NCBI RefSeq assembly: GCF_000757865.1
Contig: NZ_CP007754.1
Location: 1,320,001 to 1,352,000 of the forward strand
Source of the DNA: Prochlorococcus sp. MIT 0801
GTDB lineage: Bacteria; Cyanobacteriota; Cyanobacteriia; PCC-6307; Cyanobiaceae
DNA: 32,000 nucleotides
Direction: 5' to 3'
Part shown: piece by piece, positions 14,511 through 25,791 of the stretch
Layout of the letters: each line of letters begins with the position of its first letter
Position numbering within the stretch: the first letter of the stretch is position 1
Program-made: the position numbers and the translations under genes
The notes under the pieces: generated by a model
What the model saw: the letters and a program-made list of their open reading frames with translations, nothing else
Database searches by the model: none
Told to the model about the DNA's origin: nothing

Positions 14511-17471
14511 ATGACAGAAATAAAAAAGCCAACTTTATTATTGGTTGATGGCCATTCATTAGCTTTTAGAAGTTTTTATGCTTTTAGCAAAGGCGGTGAA
14601 GGAGGTCTTACCACAAAAGATGGATTCCCCACAAGTGTTACCTATGGTTTTCTAAAAAGCCTTTTAGATAATTGTAAATCTATCGAACCGAAAGGAGTCA
14701 CAATTGCTTTTGATACTGCTGAGCCAACATTTCGCCACAAGGAAGATCCAAACTACAAAGCTAATCGAGATGTCGCACCAGATATATTTTTTCAAGATTT
14801 AGATCAACTTGAAGAGATTCTCAAAGAAAGCTTGAATCTCTCAATCTGCAAAGCCCCAGGATATGAGGCAGATGATGTCTTAGGAACACTCGCAAATGAT
14901 GCAGCTAAAAAAGGATGGAGTGTCAGAATCCTTTCTGGAGATAGAGACCTATTCCAATTAGTGGATGATGAAAGAGACATAGCTGTCTTGTACATGGGTG
15001 GAGGTCCTTATGCAAAAAGTGGAAGTCCTAAACTGATTAATGAAGAAGGCGTAAGGGAGAAACTTGGGGTCAATCCAAACAAAGTTGTTGATCTGAAAGC
15101 CTTAACTGGTGATAGCTCAGACAACATCCCAGGTGTTAAAGGAGTTGGTCCTAAAACAGCAATAAATCTTTTAAATGAGAACCTTGATCTTGATGGAGTC
15201 TATAAATCACTCCAAGAGTTAGAAAAAGAAGGTGAGAAAGCTAAACGGGGAGCGATAAAAGGAGCAGTTAGATTAAAATTAAAAGCAGATAAAGACAATG
15301 CCTATCTCTCAAGAAAGCTTGCAGAGATATTAATTAAAATTCCCATTGAACCAAAAGTAAACTATAATTTAGAAGGAATTAATGAATCAAAGCTAGCTGA
15401 AAACCTTAAAAAACTTGAGTTGCATAGTTTATTAAAACAAGTTTCAACTTTTAAAGCTATATTTTCTAAAGAAGGACTATTAGAGCAAGACAAAAGTGGC
15501 TCATTAAAAGAAACTAAGATCGTTAATAATAAGATTGAGAATATTGAACTAACTAGGCTTAATGAAACAAAAGACATTCCTCAGATAGAGCCTAAAATTA
15601 TAGATAATCTGGAAGAACTTAATATTTTTGTTGCGCAAATAATGAAACATACTGATGCGACAAAACCAATAGCCATTGATACCGAAACAACCAATTTAAA
15701 CCCTTTTAAAGCTGAACTTGTTGGCTTAGGTTTTTGTTTTGGCGAATCGTTAAAAGATATAGTTTATATACCAATTGGACATCAAAATAAAGAGGACGAT
15801 TTAATAGAAATTAATCAATTAAATCAATTAAAGATTGAAGAAGTTATCTTTGCACTTCAGGATTGGTTCTCTAGCAATGAAAATCCTAAAACCCTACAGA
15901 ATGCAAAATACGACAGACTGATTTTGCTAAGACACGGAATTATATTAAATGGCGTTGTGATTGATACTTTACTTGCAGATTATATTTGTGATGCAACCCT
16001 TAAACATAGTTTAGATGAAATTGCTTATAGAGAATTTGGATTTAAGCCCAAAAGTTTTTCTGATGTTGTCAAAAAAGGAGAAGACTTCTCTTATGTGGAC
16101 ATTAAGTCTGCCAGTATGTACTGCGGGATGGACGTTTATTTAACAAGAAAATTAGCAATTATTTATATTAATAGATTAAAAGAAACAAGTATAAAATTGA
16201 TAAACCTACTCAAAGAAGTTGAACAACCACTTGAGCAGGTTTTAGCAGAAATCGAATCCACAGGAATCATTATTGATACACCTTATCTAAAAGATTTATC
16301 TTTAGAGTTAACAAAAACATTAAATACTATCGAGAAAGAAGTTTATAATATTGCAGGAAATAAGTTTAACCTTTCTTCACCTAAACAGTTAGGTGAATTA
16401 CTTTTTGAGAAACTTGATTTAGATAGGAAAAAATCAAGAAAAACAAAAACAGGGTGGAGTACAGATGCAGCTGTATTGGAAAAACTGGAATCAGACCATC
16501 CAATAGTAAAAATGATCATTGAACATCGCACTATAAGCAAGTTGCTTAATACTTATGTAGATGCTTTGCCTCAGCTTATTGAAAAAGAAACGGGAAGAGT
16601 ACATACAGATTTTAATCAAGCCGTAACCGCTACTGGAAGATTAAGTAGCAGCAATCCAAATCTGCAAAATATCCCTGTCAGAACTGAATTTAGTAGACGA
16701 ATAAGAAAAGCTTTTCTTCCGCAAAAAGATTGGAAACTTCTAAGCGCAGACTATTCACAAATTGAACTTCGTATACTCACACATCTTTCAGGTGAGGAAG
16801 TACTAAAAAATGCTTATTTAAAAAATGAAGATGTCCACTCTTTAACAGCAAAAATTTTATTTGAAAAAGATGCTATTGACGCCGATGAAAGAAGAATAGG
16901 AAAAACAATAAATTTTGGGGTTATTTATGGTATGGGGGCTCAGAGGTTTGCAAGATCAACGGGCGTTTCATTAATAGAAGCAAAATATTTTTTAATTAAA
17001 TTCAAAGAACGTTATCCAGCCATTTTTAAATTTTTAGAATATCAAGAAAGACTTGCCCTAAGCCAAGGGTTTGTTGAAACATTGCTAGGGAGAAGACGAT
17101 ATTTTCATTTCAATAAAAATGGGCTTGGAAGACTTCTGGGAACACCACCAAATGAAATTGATTTAATTACTGCCAGAAGAGCAGGGATGGAAGCACAACA
17201 ATTAAGAGCCGCAGCAAACGCACCTATTCAAGGCTCAAGTGCAGACATAATTAAGCTAGCAATGATTAAGTTGCATTCAACTTTAAAAAAGACTGGATTG
17301 GCAGCGAAAATTCTACTTCAAGTGCATGATGAACTCGTGCTAGAAGTTAATCCCAAAGATTTGGAGGAAACAAAACTTCTTGTCCAAAACACTATGGAAA
17401 ATGCTGTAAAGCTTAGTGTCCCTCTTATCGTTGAAACTGGCGTTGGAGTAAATTGGATGGAGGCAAAATAG
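14511..17471 (+). CDS. polA: DNA polymerase I
   Basis: 986 aa. N-terminal 5'-3' exonuclease (LLLVDGHSLAFRSFYA), 3'-5' exonuclease block (IAIDTETTNL), polymerase motifs A (LLSADYSQIELRIL), B (RRIGKTINFGVIYG) and C (QVHDELVLEV). Confidence 0.97.
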   Translation: MTEIKKPTLLLVDGHSLAFRSFYAFSKGGEGGLTTKDGFPTSVTYGFLKSLLDNCKSIEPKGVTIAFDTAEPTFRHKEDPNYKANRDVAPDIFFQDLDQLEEILKESLNLSICKAPGYEADDVLGTLANDAAKKGWSVRILSGDRDLFQLVDDERDIAVLYMGGGPYAKSGSPKLINEEGVREKLGVNPNKVVDLKALTGDSSDNIPGVKGVGPKTAINLLNENLDLDGVYKSLQELEKEGEKAKRGAIKGAVRLKLKADKDNAYLSRKLAEILIKIPIEPKVNYNLEGINESKLAENLKKLELHSLLKQVSTFKAIFSKEGLLEQDKSGSLKETKIVNNKIENIELTRLNETKDIPQIEPKIIDNLEELNIFVAQIMKHTDATKPIAIDTETTNLNPFKAELVGLGFCFGESLKDIVYIPIGHQNKEDDLIEINQLNQLKIEEVIFALQDWFSSNENPKTLQNAKYDRLILLRHGIILNGVVIDTLLADYICDATLKHSLDEIAYREFGFKPKSFSDVVKKGEDFSYVDIKSASMYCGMDVYLTRKLAIIYINRLKETSIKLINLLKEVEQPLEQVLAEIESTGIIIDTPYLKDLSLELTKTLNTIEKEVYNIAGNKFNLSSPKQLGELLFEKLDLDRKKSRKTKTGWSTDAAVLEKLESDHPIVKMIIEHRTISKLLNTYVDALPQLIEKETGRVHTDFNQAVTATGRLSSSNPNLQNIPVRTEFSRRIRKAFLPQKDWKLLSADYSQIELRILTHLSGEEVLKNAYLKNEDVHSLTAKILFEKDAIDADERRIGKTINFGVIYGMGAQRFARSTGVSLIEAKYFLIKFKERYPAIFKFLEYQERLALSQGFVETLLGRRRYFHFNKNGLGRLLGTPPNEIDLITARRAGMEAQQLRAAANAPIQGSSADIIKLAMIKLHSTLKKTGLAAKILLQVHDELVLEVNPKDLEETKLLVQNTMENAVKLSVPLIVETGVGVNWMEAK

Positions 17472-17514
17472 TTGCTGACAAATTCAATAATTTCTCACAT
17501 TTTTATCTAAGAAA

Positions 17515-19017
17515 TTGTCCCTAAAATTCACAAACACCTTATCCAAAAAGAAAGAGGATTTTATTTCTATAAATCCTAATCAAGTTAAAATATATTGTTG
17601 TGGTGTAACTGTTTATGATCTTTGTCATCTTGGTCATGCAAGAAGTTATCTTAATTGGGATGTATTAAGACGGTTTTTAATTTGGAAAGGATTTGAAGTT
17701 AAATTTGTACAAAACTTCACTGATATTGATGACAAAATTATTAATCGAGCAAATAAAGAAGGATGTTCTACTGATGAATTAAGTGAAAGAAATATTAATG
17801 AATTCCACAAAGATATGGATACTCTTTCCATTCTTAGACCAACTAGCATGCCAAGAGCAACAAAATGCCTCCATCAAATTATTAATTTCATAAAAGAATT
17901 AGAACAAAAAAAAGTAGCTTATTCATCAAATGGTGATGTTTATTTTTCAGTAGATAAACATAAAAATTACGGGAAACTTAGTGGAAGAGAAATTGAGAAT
18001 CAGATAGATAATGCAGCCGGGAGATTAAAAACAAATCAAAAAGAAAGTAAAAAGAATTCGCTTGATTTTGCTCTCTGGAAAAAGTCCAACTCAGATGAGG
18101 TTAGTTACTCTTCACCTTGGGGAAATGGCAGGCCAGGTTGGCATATTGAGTGTTCAGCAATGGTTAAAGAAGAATTAGGAGAAAGTATTGATATTCACCT
18201 TGGCGGATCAGACCTTATATTTCCTCATCATGAGAATGAAATAGCTCAATCTGAAGCCTGTAATGGGAAAGAGTTAGCAAAATACTGGCTACACAATGGA
18301 ATGGTTAATGTGGGGGGTGAAAAAATGAGTAAATCTCTAGGGAATTTTACAACCATTAGGTCTTTATTAGATGAAGATATTTCACCTATGACTTTGAGAT
18401 TTTTTGTGTTACAAACTAATTACCGAAAGCCACTAGATTTTACTGAAGAAGCGCTAAAAGCTGCTTCAAAAGGGTGGGATAGATTAAATAATTGCCTGTC
18501 TTTTGGTTATATTTATAAAATTAAAGATCAAGTTAAAAACGAAATCAACCTGGATAATCCGATAAAAAGATCTGCCAACAGTAAACTTGATAAAGACTCA
18601 TTTAAATTATTATCAGACTTTGAAAACTATATGGATGACGACCTAAATACATCTGGAGCTTTATCTATACTTTTTGAATTGTCTCAACCTATTAAAAAAT
18701 GCCTAAATTTATTAAAAGGAAAAGATATCAGTGAAATTGACAAAGATCTTTTAAATGAAGTTTTTAATAAATGGGAACTACTCACTGAGTTAGCAGGAGT
18801 TCTGGGCTTAAAAGTAAATTTAAATCAAGAAAAACCAAAAAACAATCCTGAACTTGACACTAATAAAATTGAAGAACTTATAAAGAATAGATCCTTAGCA
18901 AAAGCTAATAAAGACTTTTTACTCGCTGATAAGATAAGAGCTGATTTGAAAAATATTGGAATTGATTTGATTGATAAACCTAAAGGGGTTACTGAATGGA
19001 AACAACTTTCAGATTAA
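17515..19017 (+). CDS. cysS: Cysteine--tRNA ligase
   Basis: 500 aa with a class I HIGH-type motif (CHLGHARSY) and KMSKS ([10 protein letters not shown]). The start codon at 17515 is TTG, so the start is less certain. Confidence 0.93.
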   Translation: MSLKFTNTLSKKKEDFISINPNQVKIYCCGVTVYDLCHLGHARSYLNWDVLRRFLIWKGFEVKFVQNFTDIDDKIINRANKEGCSTDELSERNINEFHKDMDTLSILRPTSMPRATKCLHQIINFIKELEQKKVAYSSNGDVYFSVDKHKNYGKLSGREIENQIDNAAGRLKTNQKESKKNSLDFALWKKSNSDEVSYSSPWGNGRPGWHIECSAMVKEELGESIDIHLGGSDLIFPHHENEIAQSEACNGKELAKYWLHNGMVNVGGEKMSKSLGNFTTIRSLLDEDISPMTLRFFVLQTNYRKPLDFTEEALKAASKGWDRLNNCLSFGYIYKIKDQVKNEINLDNPIKRSANSKLDKDSFKLLSDFENYMDDDLNTSGALSILFELSQPIKKCLNLLKGKDISEIDKDLLNEVFNKWELLTELAGVLGLKVNLNQEKPKNNPELDTNKIEELIKNRSLAKANKDFLLADKIRADLKNIGIDLIDKPKGVTEWKQLSD

Positions 19018-20339
19018 GCAAATGTTTCTATTGTAGATAAGACTGTTAAATAAAGTCCAATAGCAATAACTGGTGGAGACACCCAGCGCAGCATAAACTT
19101 TAGATACCTTCTAACTCTTAAATTAGCATTAGAATTTGCAAGATCCTCATCATAACGATTTGGAACAATCCAGCCCAAAAGAATTGAAATTAGAAGACCA
19201 CCTAATATCAAGAGTGTATTACAGATAGCATCGGACTTGCCTAAAAAGTCTGTAGAAATAGCAGACGGTATTCCAATCAAAAAGATCACTAATGTTGAAG
19301 TCCAAACGGCCTTCTTTCTACTCCAATTCAGCCTGTCCATTAAAGAAGATACTGGTACTTCCATTAATGAAATAGAAGAAGTAATAGCAGCTATAAAGGC
19401 CAATCCAAAGAAAACGGCAGCAATCAATCTCCCAAACAATCCAAGATTTGCAAATCCAGTTGGAAGAGCGATAAATAAAGTCCCAACAGTTGATTCACTG
19501 ATAACATCTTTCAAACCAAAACTCATAACTACAGGGAATGTAATCAGCCCTGCGAGTAAGCCCACAGCAGTATCCAAAGTTGCAACTCTCAAAGCTTCTT
19601 TAGGAAGATGATTTTTACGGTTTAGATATGAGGAATAGGCAACCATAATTCCAATACCCAAACTTAAAGAAAAGAAAGCTTGTTTAAATGCATTACTTAT
19701 TGTGTTTTTATCAAAAAGTTGAGATGAATCCCATTTAAGTAAAAATGATGTATATCCTTCCCATGCACCAGATAAAGTTGCAGCCCATATAGCTAACAAC
19801 AAAAGGAGTCCAAATAAAAATGGCATTGCCCATTTTGTTAGTTTTTCTATACCTCCGCGAACACCTGCAACCACAACAAAAGCAGTTAACAATAAGCTGA
19901 TTATTTGACCTACAAATACACTATTGCCACTGCTAATTTTACCAAAAAATTCTCCCGCCTCAGTCATATCTGAGGGTAGGCCAATAAATAAGGAATGGAA
20001 AAAAGTATCAATTGTCCATCCCATTATCACTGCGTAATAAGAAAGAATTCCACAAGAAGCTATTGCAAATAACCAACCTAGAGGCTTCCAATTCTCTCCA
20101 GCAGCTTTGATTGGAGCAAGAAAAGGACTACTTGCAGTGCTTCTCCCCAAGACCATCTCTGCAACTAAGACAGGTAGGCAAACAACTAAAACTACCAATA
20201 CATATAGGATAAGAAAGGCAAGTCCACCGCCTTGAGATGACCTATAAGCAAAGCCCCAAAGATTTCCAAGGCCTACAGCACTACCGGCCGCAGCGAGCGC
20301 GAATCCCAGTCCTGATCTCCATTGTTCCCTTTCTTGCAT
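19014..20339 (-). CDS. Sodium-dependent transporter, neurotransmitter:sodium symporter (NSS/SNF) family
   Basis: 441 aa, polytopic. N-terminal NSS signature [29 protein letters not shown] start. Its stop codon overlaps the cysS stop (convergent 4-nt overlap). Confidence 0.9.
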   Translation of the reverse strand: MQEREQWRSGLGFALAAAGSAVGLGNLWGFAYRSSQGGGLAFLILYVLVVLVVCLPVLVAEMVLGRSTASSPFLAPIKAAGENWKPLGWLFAIASCGILSYYAVIMGWTIDTFFHSLFIGLPSDMTEAGEFFGKISSGNSVFVGQIISLLLTAFVVVAGVRGGIEKLTKWAMPFLFGLLLLLAIWAATLSGAWEGYTSFLLKWDSSQLFDKNTISNAFKQAFFSLSLGIGIMVAYSSYLNRKNHLPKEALRVATLDTAVGLLAGLITFPVVMSFGLKDVISESTVGTLFIALPTGFANLGLFGRLIAAVFFGLAFIAAITSSISLMEVPVSSLMDRLNWSRKKAVWTSTLVIFLIGIPSAISTDFLGKSDAICNTLLILGGLLISILLGWIVPNRYDEDLANSNANLRVRRYLKFMLRWVSPPVIAIGLYLTVLSTIETFA

Positions 20340-20431
20340 AATAAATCTCTATTAAAATCCAGAAGAAACTGGTAAATATATAACTGGGTTATACCTTTAA
20401 ATGGGAGACTGGTCATACTTGACTTCACAAT

Positions 20432-21670
20432 GTGAAAGCCATAAGCGTTTTAGGATCAACAGGATCTATTGGAACTCAAACCCTTCAAATTGCAGAAGAG
20501 TTTCCTGATCAATTCAAAATTGTTGCACTAACAGCAGGAAAGAATCTTGATTTAGTAATCAAACAAATTGAAACTCATCAACCTGAAGTCGTTTCACTAG
20601 CCGATGAGTCTCTTTTGCCAGAACTGTCTAGAAGAATAAATAGTCTCAATGAAGATTCAAAAATATTAAAGAAGCCCTTATTAATGGCGGGAGCCGAAGG
20701 ACTTAATACTGCAGCAGCTTGGGAAAGTGCAGATCTTGTTGTAACTGGAATAGTTGGCTGTGCAGGCCTCCTACCAACACTTGCAGCTATTGAAGCAGGG
20801 AAGGACCTAGCTCTAGCAAATAAAGAAACTTTGATTGCAGCAGGACCAGTTGTCATTCCTGCTTTAAAAAAAAGTGGAAGTAGACTCTTGCCTGCAGATT
20901 CTGAACACTCAGCGATATTTCAATGTCTCCAAGGAACGCCATGGGCTGACAATGCAAGACTCTCAACTGGAGTGCCTACTCCAGGATTTAAATCAATACA
21001 ATTAACCGCATCAGGAGGAGCATTTAGAGATTGGAAAGCTGAAGATTTAGTCAAAGCAACTGTCGAGGATGCGACTAGCCATCCTAATTGGAGCATGGGA
21101 AAGAAAATAACTGTAGATTCTGCAACCCTTATGAATAAGGGACTCGAAGTCATTGAAGCGCATTATCTTTTTGGTCTTTCATATGAGCAAATCGAAATCA
21201 TTATCCATCCACAAAGCATCATTCACTCGATGGTTGAATTGGATGATTCATCAGTTTTAGCTCAATTGGGATGGCCAGATATGAAGCTCCCTATTTTGTA
21301 TTGCTTAAGTTGGCCTAGTCGACTTAAAACACCATGGCCAAGATTAAAGCTTACTGAAATAGGTAATTTAACTTTTACAGAACCAGATACTAAAAAATAT
21401 CCATGTATGGAACTTGCTTACAGCGCAGGAAAATTAGGGGGGACAATGCCAGCAGTGCTTAATGCAGCTAATGAAAAAGCAGTAGAACTTTTTCTAAAAG
21501 AAAGGTTTAAATTTATCGATATTCCAAAAGTAATTGAGGCGATTTGCGAGAAACATAAATGCGACCTAAATCTAAATCCAAGCCTCAGTGAAATTCTTGA
21601 AATTGACAACTGGGCAAGAGAAGAAGTTTTAGATTATTCAGAAAAAAATATTACAAAGATGCAGTTTTAG
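20432..21670 (+). CDS. dxr: 1-deoxy-D-xylulose 5-phosphate reductoisomerase
   Basis: 412 aa. [16 protein letters not shown]-binding motif, [14 protein letters not shown] and [13 protein letters not shown] blocks. GTG start. Confidence 0.95.
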   Translation: MKAISVLGSTGSIGTQTLQIAEEFPDQFKIVALTAGKNLDLVIKQIETHQPEVVSLADESLLPELSRRINSLNEDSKILKKPLLMAGAEGLNTAAAWESADLVVTGIVGCAGLLPTLAAIEAGKDLALANKETLIAAGPVVIPALKKSGSRLLPADSEHSAIFQCLQGTPWADNARLSTGVPTPGFKSIQLTASGGAFRDWKAEDLVKATVEDATSHPNWSMGKKITVDSATLMNKGLEVIEAHYLFGLSYEQIEIIIHPQSIIHSMVELDDSSVLAQLGWPDMKLPILYCLSWPSRLKTPWPRLKLTEIGNLTFTEPDTKKYPCMELAYSAGKLGGTMPAVLNAANEKAVELFLKERFKFIDIPKVIEAICEKHKCDLNLNPSLSEILEIDNWAREEVLDYSEKNITKMQF

Positions 21671-21671
21671 A

Positions 21672-22778
21672 TTAAATAGTTTTCAAAGATAAAAACCATT
21701 TAGAAACAACTTGATCGCCCCAACAACCTTGAACACCATGAAATCCATTATGTCCTCCTTTCTCAGTAAAAATAAATTGATTATCTATTTGATTATTAGA
21801 AGATTTCATTTTTTCCATTAGCTTTTCAGCAGCTAAAAAAGGCACCCAAGGATCATCTTTGGATTGAATAAATAATGTTTTAGGAAGAGATTTTTTATTT
21901 TCTATAAGAGAGAAGAAGGGAGATGCTTTTGCATAATATTCTCCAACATCTTTATATCCCCACCTTGGAGCAGTTATCAAATTATCAAAAGATCTAATAT
22001 CATTTATCTTTCTTTCTTTATCCTTTCTATTTATTAACAATGCATTCTTTTCCGTCTCTTCTATTCCAAAAGGATCTTCTAAAGTTTGCCTAATCAAACG
22101 ATTTAACAACCATTTTTGATAAATAAAATTTCTTGGCCTTTCAATAGAAGAACTACATTCATTCAAATCCAAAGGACTACTTATACATACCAATCCATCC
22201 AATAAAGACTCATCACACATGCAAGCATTTAAAAGAATAGTTCCACCCAAAGAAATCCCAGCTCCAAAGACAGGAACATTTTTTGAAGATTGATAGTCTT
22301 CAGTTAATTGATATGAAATCTCTCTGGCACGCCTTAATACAGGAATCAAATCACTATTGCATTCAGCAGCATAGGTACCATCAACAAAATTCCTACATGG
22401 ATCTGAACCTCTCAAATTAAGCTTCAATACAGCGAAATTTGATTGCACCAAAGCACTCGCCATCCTAGTCAAGCCTCTTCTGCGAGTAGAACCACCAAGA
22501 CCATGGAGAAGAAGAACTAAACCATTAATGCTCGATACACTTGATGGCTTATCCAAGTAGGCAACCAAGAAGCCTCCTCCTTCCTTTCTACTTTTTAGAG
22601 GTGGGACCTTTATACGAATTTCAGATGAATAGGCATCAGGCAATTCATCTGAGGCAAAGGTATCTCTTAGTGTCTGAAGGTCAGGACCGATCCAAGGGAG
22701 ACGCTCTTTAAAAGGGCTTATTCCTAGCTCTGAGAGTAAATCTTCTTTTGTTAAATTATCCTTTACTCCCAACTCCAA
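21672..22778 (-). CDS. Alpha/beta-fold hydrolase (YheT/ABHD-like)
   Basis: 368-aa ORF with LLLHGLGGS and the nucleophile elbow GISLGG. A C-terminal His lies in GGHNGFH. There is no ATG in the first ~100 codons. The track's TTG start overlaps the pntB 3' end by 23 nt, so the true start is uncertain. Confidence 0.75.
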   Translation of the reverse strand: MELGVKDNLTKEDLLSELGISPFKERLPWIGPDLQTLRDTFASDELPDAYSSEIRIKVPPLKSRKEGGGFLVAYLDKPSSVSSINGLVLLLHGLGGSTRRRGLTRMASALVQSNFAVLKLNLRGSDPCRNFVDGTYAAECNSDLIPVLRRAREISYQLTEDYQSSKNVPVFGAGISLGGTILLNACMCDESLLDGLVCISSPLDLNECSSSIERPRNFIYQKWLLNRLIRQTLEDPFGIEETEKNALLINRKDKERKINDIRSFDNLITAPRWGYKDVGEYYAKASPFFSLIENKKSLPKTLFIQSKDDPWVPFLAAEKLMEKMKSSNNQIDNQFIFTEKGGHNGFHGVQGCWGDQVVSKWFLSLKTI

Positions 22779-24195
22779 GCTCCTTTAATTCCAATAAAAG
22801 ATCTCCAAGAACCTTTTTTGCATCTCCAAAAACCATAGAGGTATTTTGCAAATCAAAAAGGTCATTTTTTATTCCTGAATATCCAGCACTCATTCCTCTC
22901 TTAACAACAAATACAGTTCTAGCTTCTTGAACATCTAAAACTGGCATTCCATACAAAGGTGAGGTCTGATCATACTTGGCCTGAGGATTAACCACATCAT
23001 TCGCTCCTAAAACCAATACAACATCCGTCGCAGGAAATTCAGGATTGATTACATCCATTTCTTTTAATTGCTCATAAGGAACATCTGCTTCGGCTAACAG
23101 AACGTTCATATGACCAGGCATTCTTCCTGCAACAGGATGAATAGCATATGCGACTTCAATGTCGGCGTTTTCTAAAACTCTGGTGACCTCTCTAAGTGTG
23201 TGCTGAGCCTGAGCCACAGCAAGACCATAACCAGGAACAATCACGACTCTCTCTGCCGCCTCAAGAGTAAGTGCACATTCTTCTGGACTGCAACTAGTAA
23301 TATTTGTATATTCTCCCCCTCCACCTCCTGAAGCAACAGAACTAGCTCCAAGTGCACCCCCAAATAATACAGAAACTAAAGATCTGTTCATACCATCGCA
23401 CATCACTTGAGTAAGTATTAATCCAGCAGCTCCAACCATTGCACCGGCTACAATCAAAAGTTGACTACCTACAACAAAGCCTGCCGCTGCTGCTGCAACT
23501 CCTGAGTAGCTATTTAGCAAGGATATAACTACAGGCATATCGGCTCCTCCAATAGGAAGAGTCACTCCAATACCCAGCAAGGTTGAAGCAATTACAATAA
23601 GAAATAGACCATTTTGTCCATCGATTGAAAGATAGATTCCACCTATCAAAGCAATAACAGCACAAAGAATATTGAAAAAATGCCTAGCTTTGCTTTGGGT
23701 CCAAGTTGGTGTAGAAAGCCAACCTTGAAGCTTGGCCATTGCCACAATTGATCCAGAAAATGTAATGGCTCCAACAAAAAGTGAAACGACTATGGAGAAA
23801 TTTCTAATAAGTTCACCGACCACACCATCTGAGCCATCTGTCGAGGGGAACAAAGCCACACCAAGTGCCACCAATAGCGATGACATCCCCCCACAACCGT
23901 TAAACAAAGCTACTATCTCAGGCATCGCAGTCATTGGAACCCTTTTAGCAGTTAAGGCACCTAAAAGACCTCCGATTAAAGTTCCAGAAATTATCCAAAT
24001 CCAAGAGTTAATAGTAATGCCTATGGTTCCTTGAGAGTTAAGCAATACTCCAAAAGCAGCCAATATCATTGCAATGGCGGCAAGCCTATTCGCCTCTCTT
24101 GCTGATCTAACTTTTGAAAGGCCTTTGATACCTAAAGCAAGCAATAAAACTGCCAGGAGATCAATAGCAAACTTAACGGGGGCAATAAAAGTCAT
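22756..24195 (-). CDS. pntB: NAD(P) transhydrogenase subunit beta
   Basis: 479 aa with a polytopic N-terminal half and an NADP(H)-binding dIII domain (VPGYGLAVAQAQH, GANDVVNP). Confidence 0.95.
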   Translation of the reverse strand: MTFIAPVKFAIDLLAVLLLALGIKGLSKVRSAREANRLAAIAMILAAFGVLLNSQGTIGITINSWIWIISGTLIGGLLGALTAKRVPMTAMPEIVALFNGCGGMSSLLVALGVALFPSTDGSDGVVGELIRNFSIVVSLFVGAITFSGSIVAMAKLQGWLSTPTWTQSKARHFFNILCAVIALIGGIYLSIDGQNGLFLIVIASTLLGIGVTLPIGGADMPVVISLLNSYSGVAAAAAGFVVGSQLLIVAGAMVGAAGLILTQVMCDGMNRSLVSVLFGGALGASSVASGGGGGEYTNITSCSPEECALTLEAAERVVIVPGYGLAVAQAQHTLREVTRVLENADIEVAYAIHPVAGRMPGHMNVLLAEADVPYEQLKEMDVINPEFPATDVVLVLGANDVVNPQAKYDQTSPLYGMPVLDVQEARTVFVVKRGMSAGYSGIKNDLFDLQNTSMVFGDAKKVLGDLLLELKELGVGSKG

Positions 24196-24206
24196 AAGAG
24201 ATAATC

Positions 24207-24500
24207 CTATTTACGAGTTTTTTTACGACTAAACATTGCAAGCATCCTGTCTGTTACAAGGAAGCCACCAATCACATTAAACAAAGCAAATCCAAGAGAT
24301 ATTGATCCAATTATTAGTAAAGGTAAATTATCTCCAGATTTTATTATTAAAGTTAAAGCGGCAAGCATCGTGATGCCTGAAATTGCATTAGCCCCACTCA
24401 TTAGTGGAGTGTGCAAAGTTGGAGGTACTTTTCCTATAAGCTCTAATCCCAAAAGGCTTCCAAGGAGAAGCACCCAAAGAGCTTCACTAAAAAAACTCAT
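24207..24500 (-). CDS. pntA: NAD(P) transhydrogenase subunit alpha, part 2 (membrane segment)
   Basis: 97-aa, three-helix hydrophobic protein between pntA part 1 and pntB. 4-nt overlap with part 1. Confidence 0.9.
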   Translation of the reverse strand: MSFFSEALWVLLLGSLLGLELIGKVPPTLHTPLMSGANAISGITMLAALTLIIKSGDNLPLLIIGSISLGFALFNVIGGFLVTDRMLAMFSRKKTRK

Positions 24501-25642
24501 GACCTAGTTCCTCCATTCTCAATAATCTCTGATTTGAGTATTACTCCATCCTTACTAATCAAAGAACCAGCAATAAGCTCATCATCGTTATCAATTAAAA
24601 ACTTACCCTCTTTAAACATTGGCTGAAGAAGAGACAATAAATTTCTCGAATATAAAGAACTTGCATGATTTGGTATTGAGCAAGGGAGATTAGAAGCACC
24701 CACAATCTTGACCCCCTTTCTAACAATAGTTTCTCCTGATTTTGAACATGCACAATTACCACCACTAAGCACAGCAAGATCAACCACTACCGAACCAGGA
24801 CGCATTTCATCCAACATATTTTCATCAATTAGTTTGGGGGCTTTTTTACCAGGCACCTGAGCAGTGCAAATTGCTACATCAGCTTCAGATAATTGCTTTG
24901 CCAATTCTTTTCTTTGCGCGATTATAAATTCATCAGAGACTTGTTTTGCGTATCCACCTGACTCTGATGGGGTTTCGTCAATCTTGGGAAGTTCAATAAA
25001 TCTTGCTCCTAGTGATTCAACTTGCTCCTTTACATCCTCACGAATATCACTCACATAAACAACAGCACCAAGTCTTTTTGCTGTTGCAATAGCTTGAAGC
25101 CCTGCAACACCAGCACCTAAAACAACAATTTTCGAAGGCTGAATAGTACCGGCAGCAGTCATCAACATTGGAAAATATCGGTCAAGAGCACTCGCAGCTA
25201 AAAGTACAGATTTATATCCAGCAATATTTGCCTGAGAAGACAACGCATCAGATGATTGAGCTCTGCTAATTCGAGGGAGCAACTCCAATGCTATTGCAGT
25301 AATTTTTTTGGATTTTAATGTTTCGGCTAACAATATATTTCCGTAAGGGTTAAGAAGACCAACAAGAAAACATCCCTGTTTTAAATGCGAAAGAAATTTT
25401 TCATTAGGAGGCTGCACACAGAGAACAATATCAACAAGTTTTTTTACTTCATCATTGTCTATTTCAACTAATTCAGCCCCAGCGTCTACATAACTAGCAT
25501 CCAAAAAGCCTGCAGCCTTTCCTGCTCCTTTTTCAAAAAACACTTTACAGCCTAAGTCCAAAAACTTTTTAACGGTCTCTGGAGTAGCTGAAACGCGTGT
25601 TTCTCCTAAAGCTGATTCAAATGGAATTAAGAAACTGACCAA
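24497..25642 (-). CDS. pntA: NAD(P) transhydrogenase subunit alpha, part 1 (dI domain, alanine dehydrogenase/PNT fold)
   Basis: 381 aa. Rossmann motif VLGAGVAGLQAIATAKRLGA. N-terminal PFESALGETRVSATPETVKK. TTG start in the track. Confidence 0.92.
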   Translation of the reverse strand: MVSFLIPFESALGETRVSATPETVKKFLDLGCKVFFEKGAGKAAGFLDASYVDAGAELVEIDNDEVKKLVDIVLCVQPPNEKFLSHLKQGCFLVGLLNPYGNILLAETLKSKKITAIALELLPRISRAQSSDALSSQANIAGYKSVLLAASALDRYFPMLMTAAGTIQPSKIVVLGAGVAGLQAIATAKRLGAVVYVSDIREDVKEQVESLGARFIELPKIDETPSESGGYAKQVSDEFIIAQRKELAKQLSEADVAICTAQVPGKKAPKLIDENMLDEMRPGSVVVDLAVLSGGNCACSKSGETIVRKGVKIVGASNLPCSIPNHASSLYSRNLLSLLQPMFKEGKFLIDNDDELIAGSLISKDGVILKSEIIENGGTRS

Positions 25643-25791
25643 GGTAAAAAAATTTATCCTCTTAAAGATTAGGGGAGTAAACGACTAGAGGAGTAAACGT
25701 TTTAATACCAGCATTTTTAGTTAAGAAAGGTTTTCGTAATAGTTTTTCTTGGCTATGAAGTAATTGAGCAAAAAGTTATCGATCAGAAAAA

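Noticed and set aside
19237-19611. 124-aa plus-strand ORF inside the NSS transporter gene. Similar antisense ORFs occur at 20578..20856, 20920..21153 and 23732..24034.
   Set aside because: These are mirror-frame ORFs opposite genes with strong family signatures. Their composition simply reflects the complement of hydrophobic or Ala/Gly-rich codons.
25674-25699. Reading the GGAGTAAACG direct repeat as an RpaB HLR1 or Pho box.
   Set aside because: The period is 16 nt, not the 10-11 nt of those boxes, and the half-site sequence differs (GTTTACTC versus the HLR1 unit (G/T)TTACA(T/A)(T/A)). I report it only as an unexplained direct repeat.
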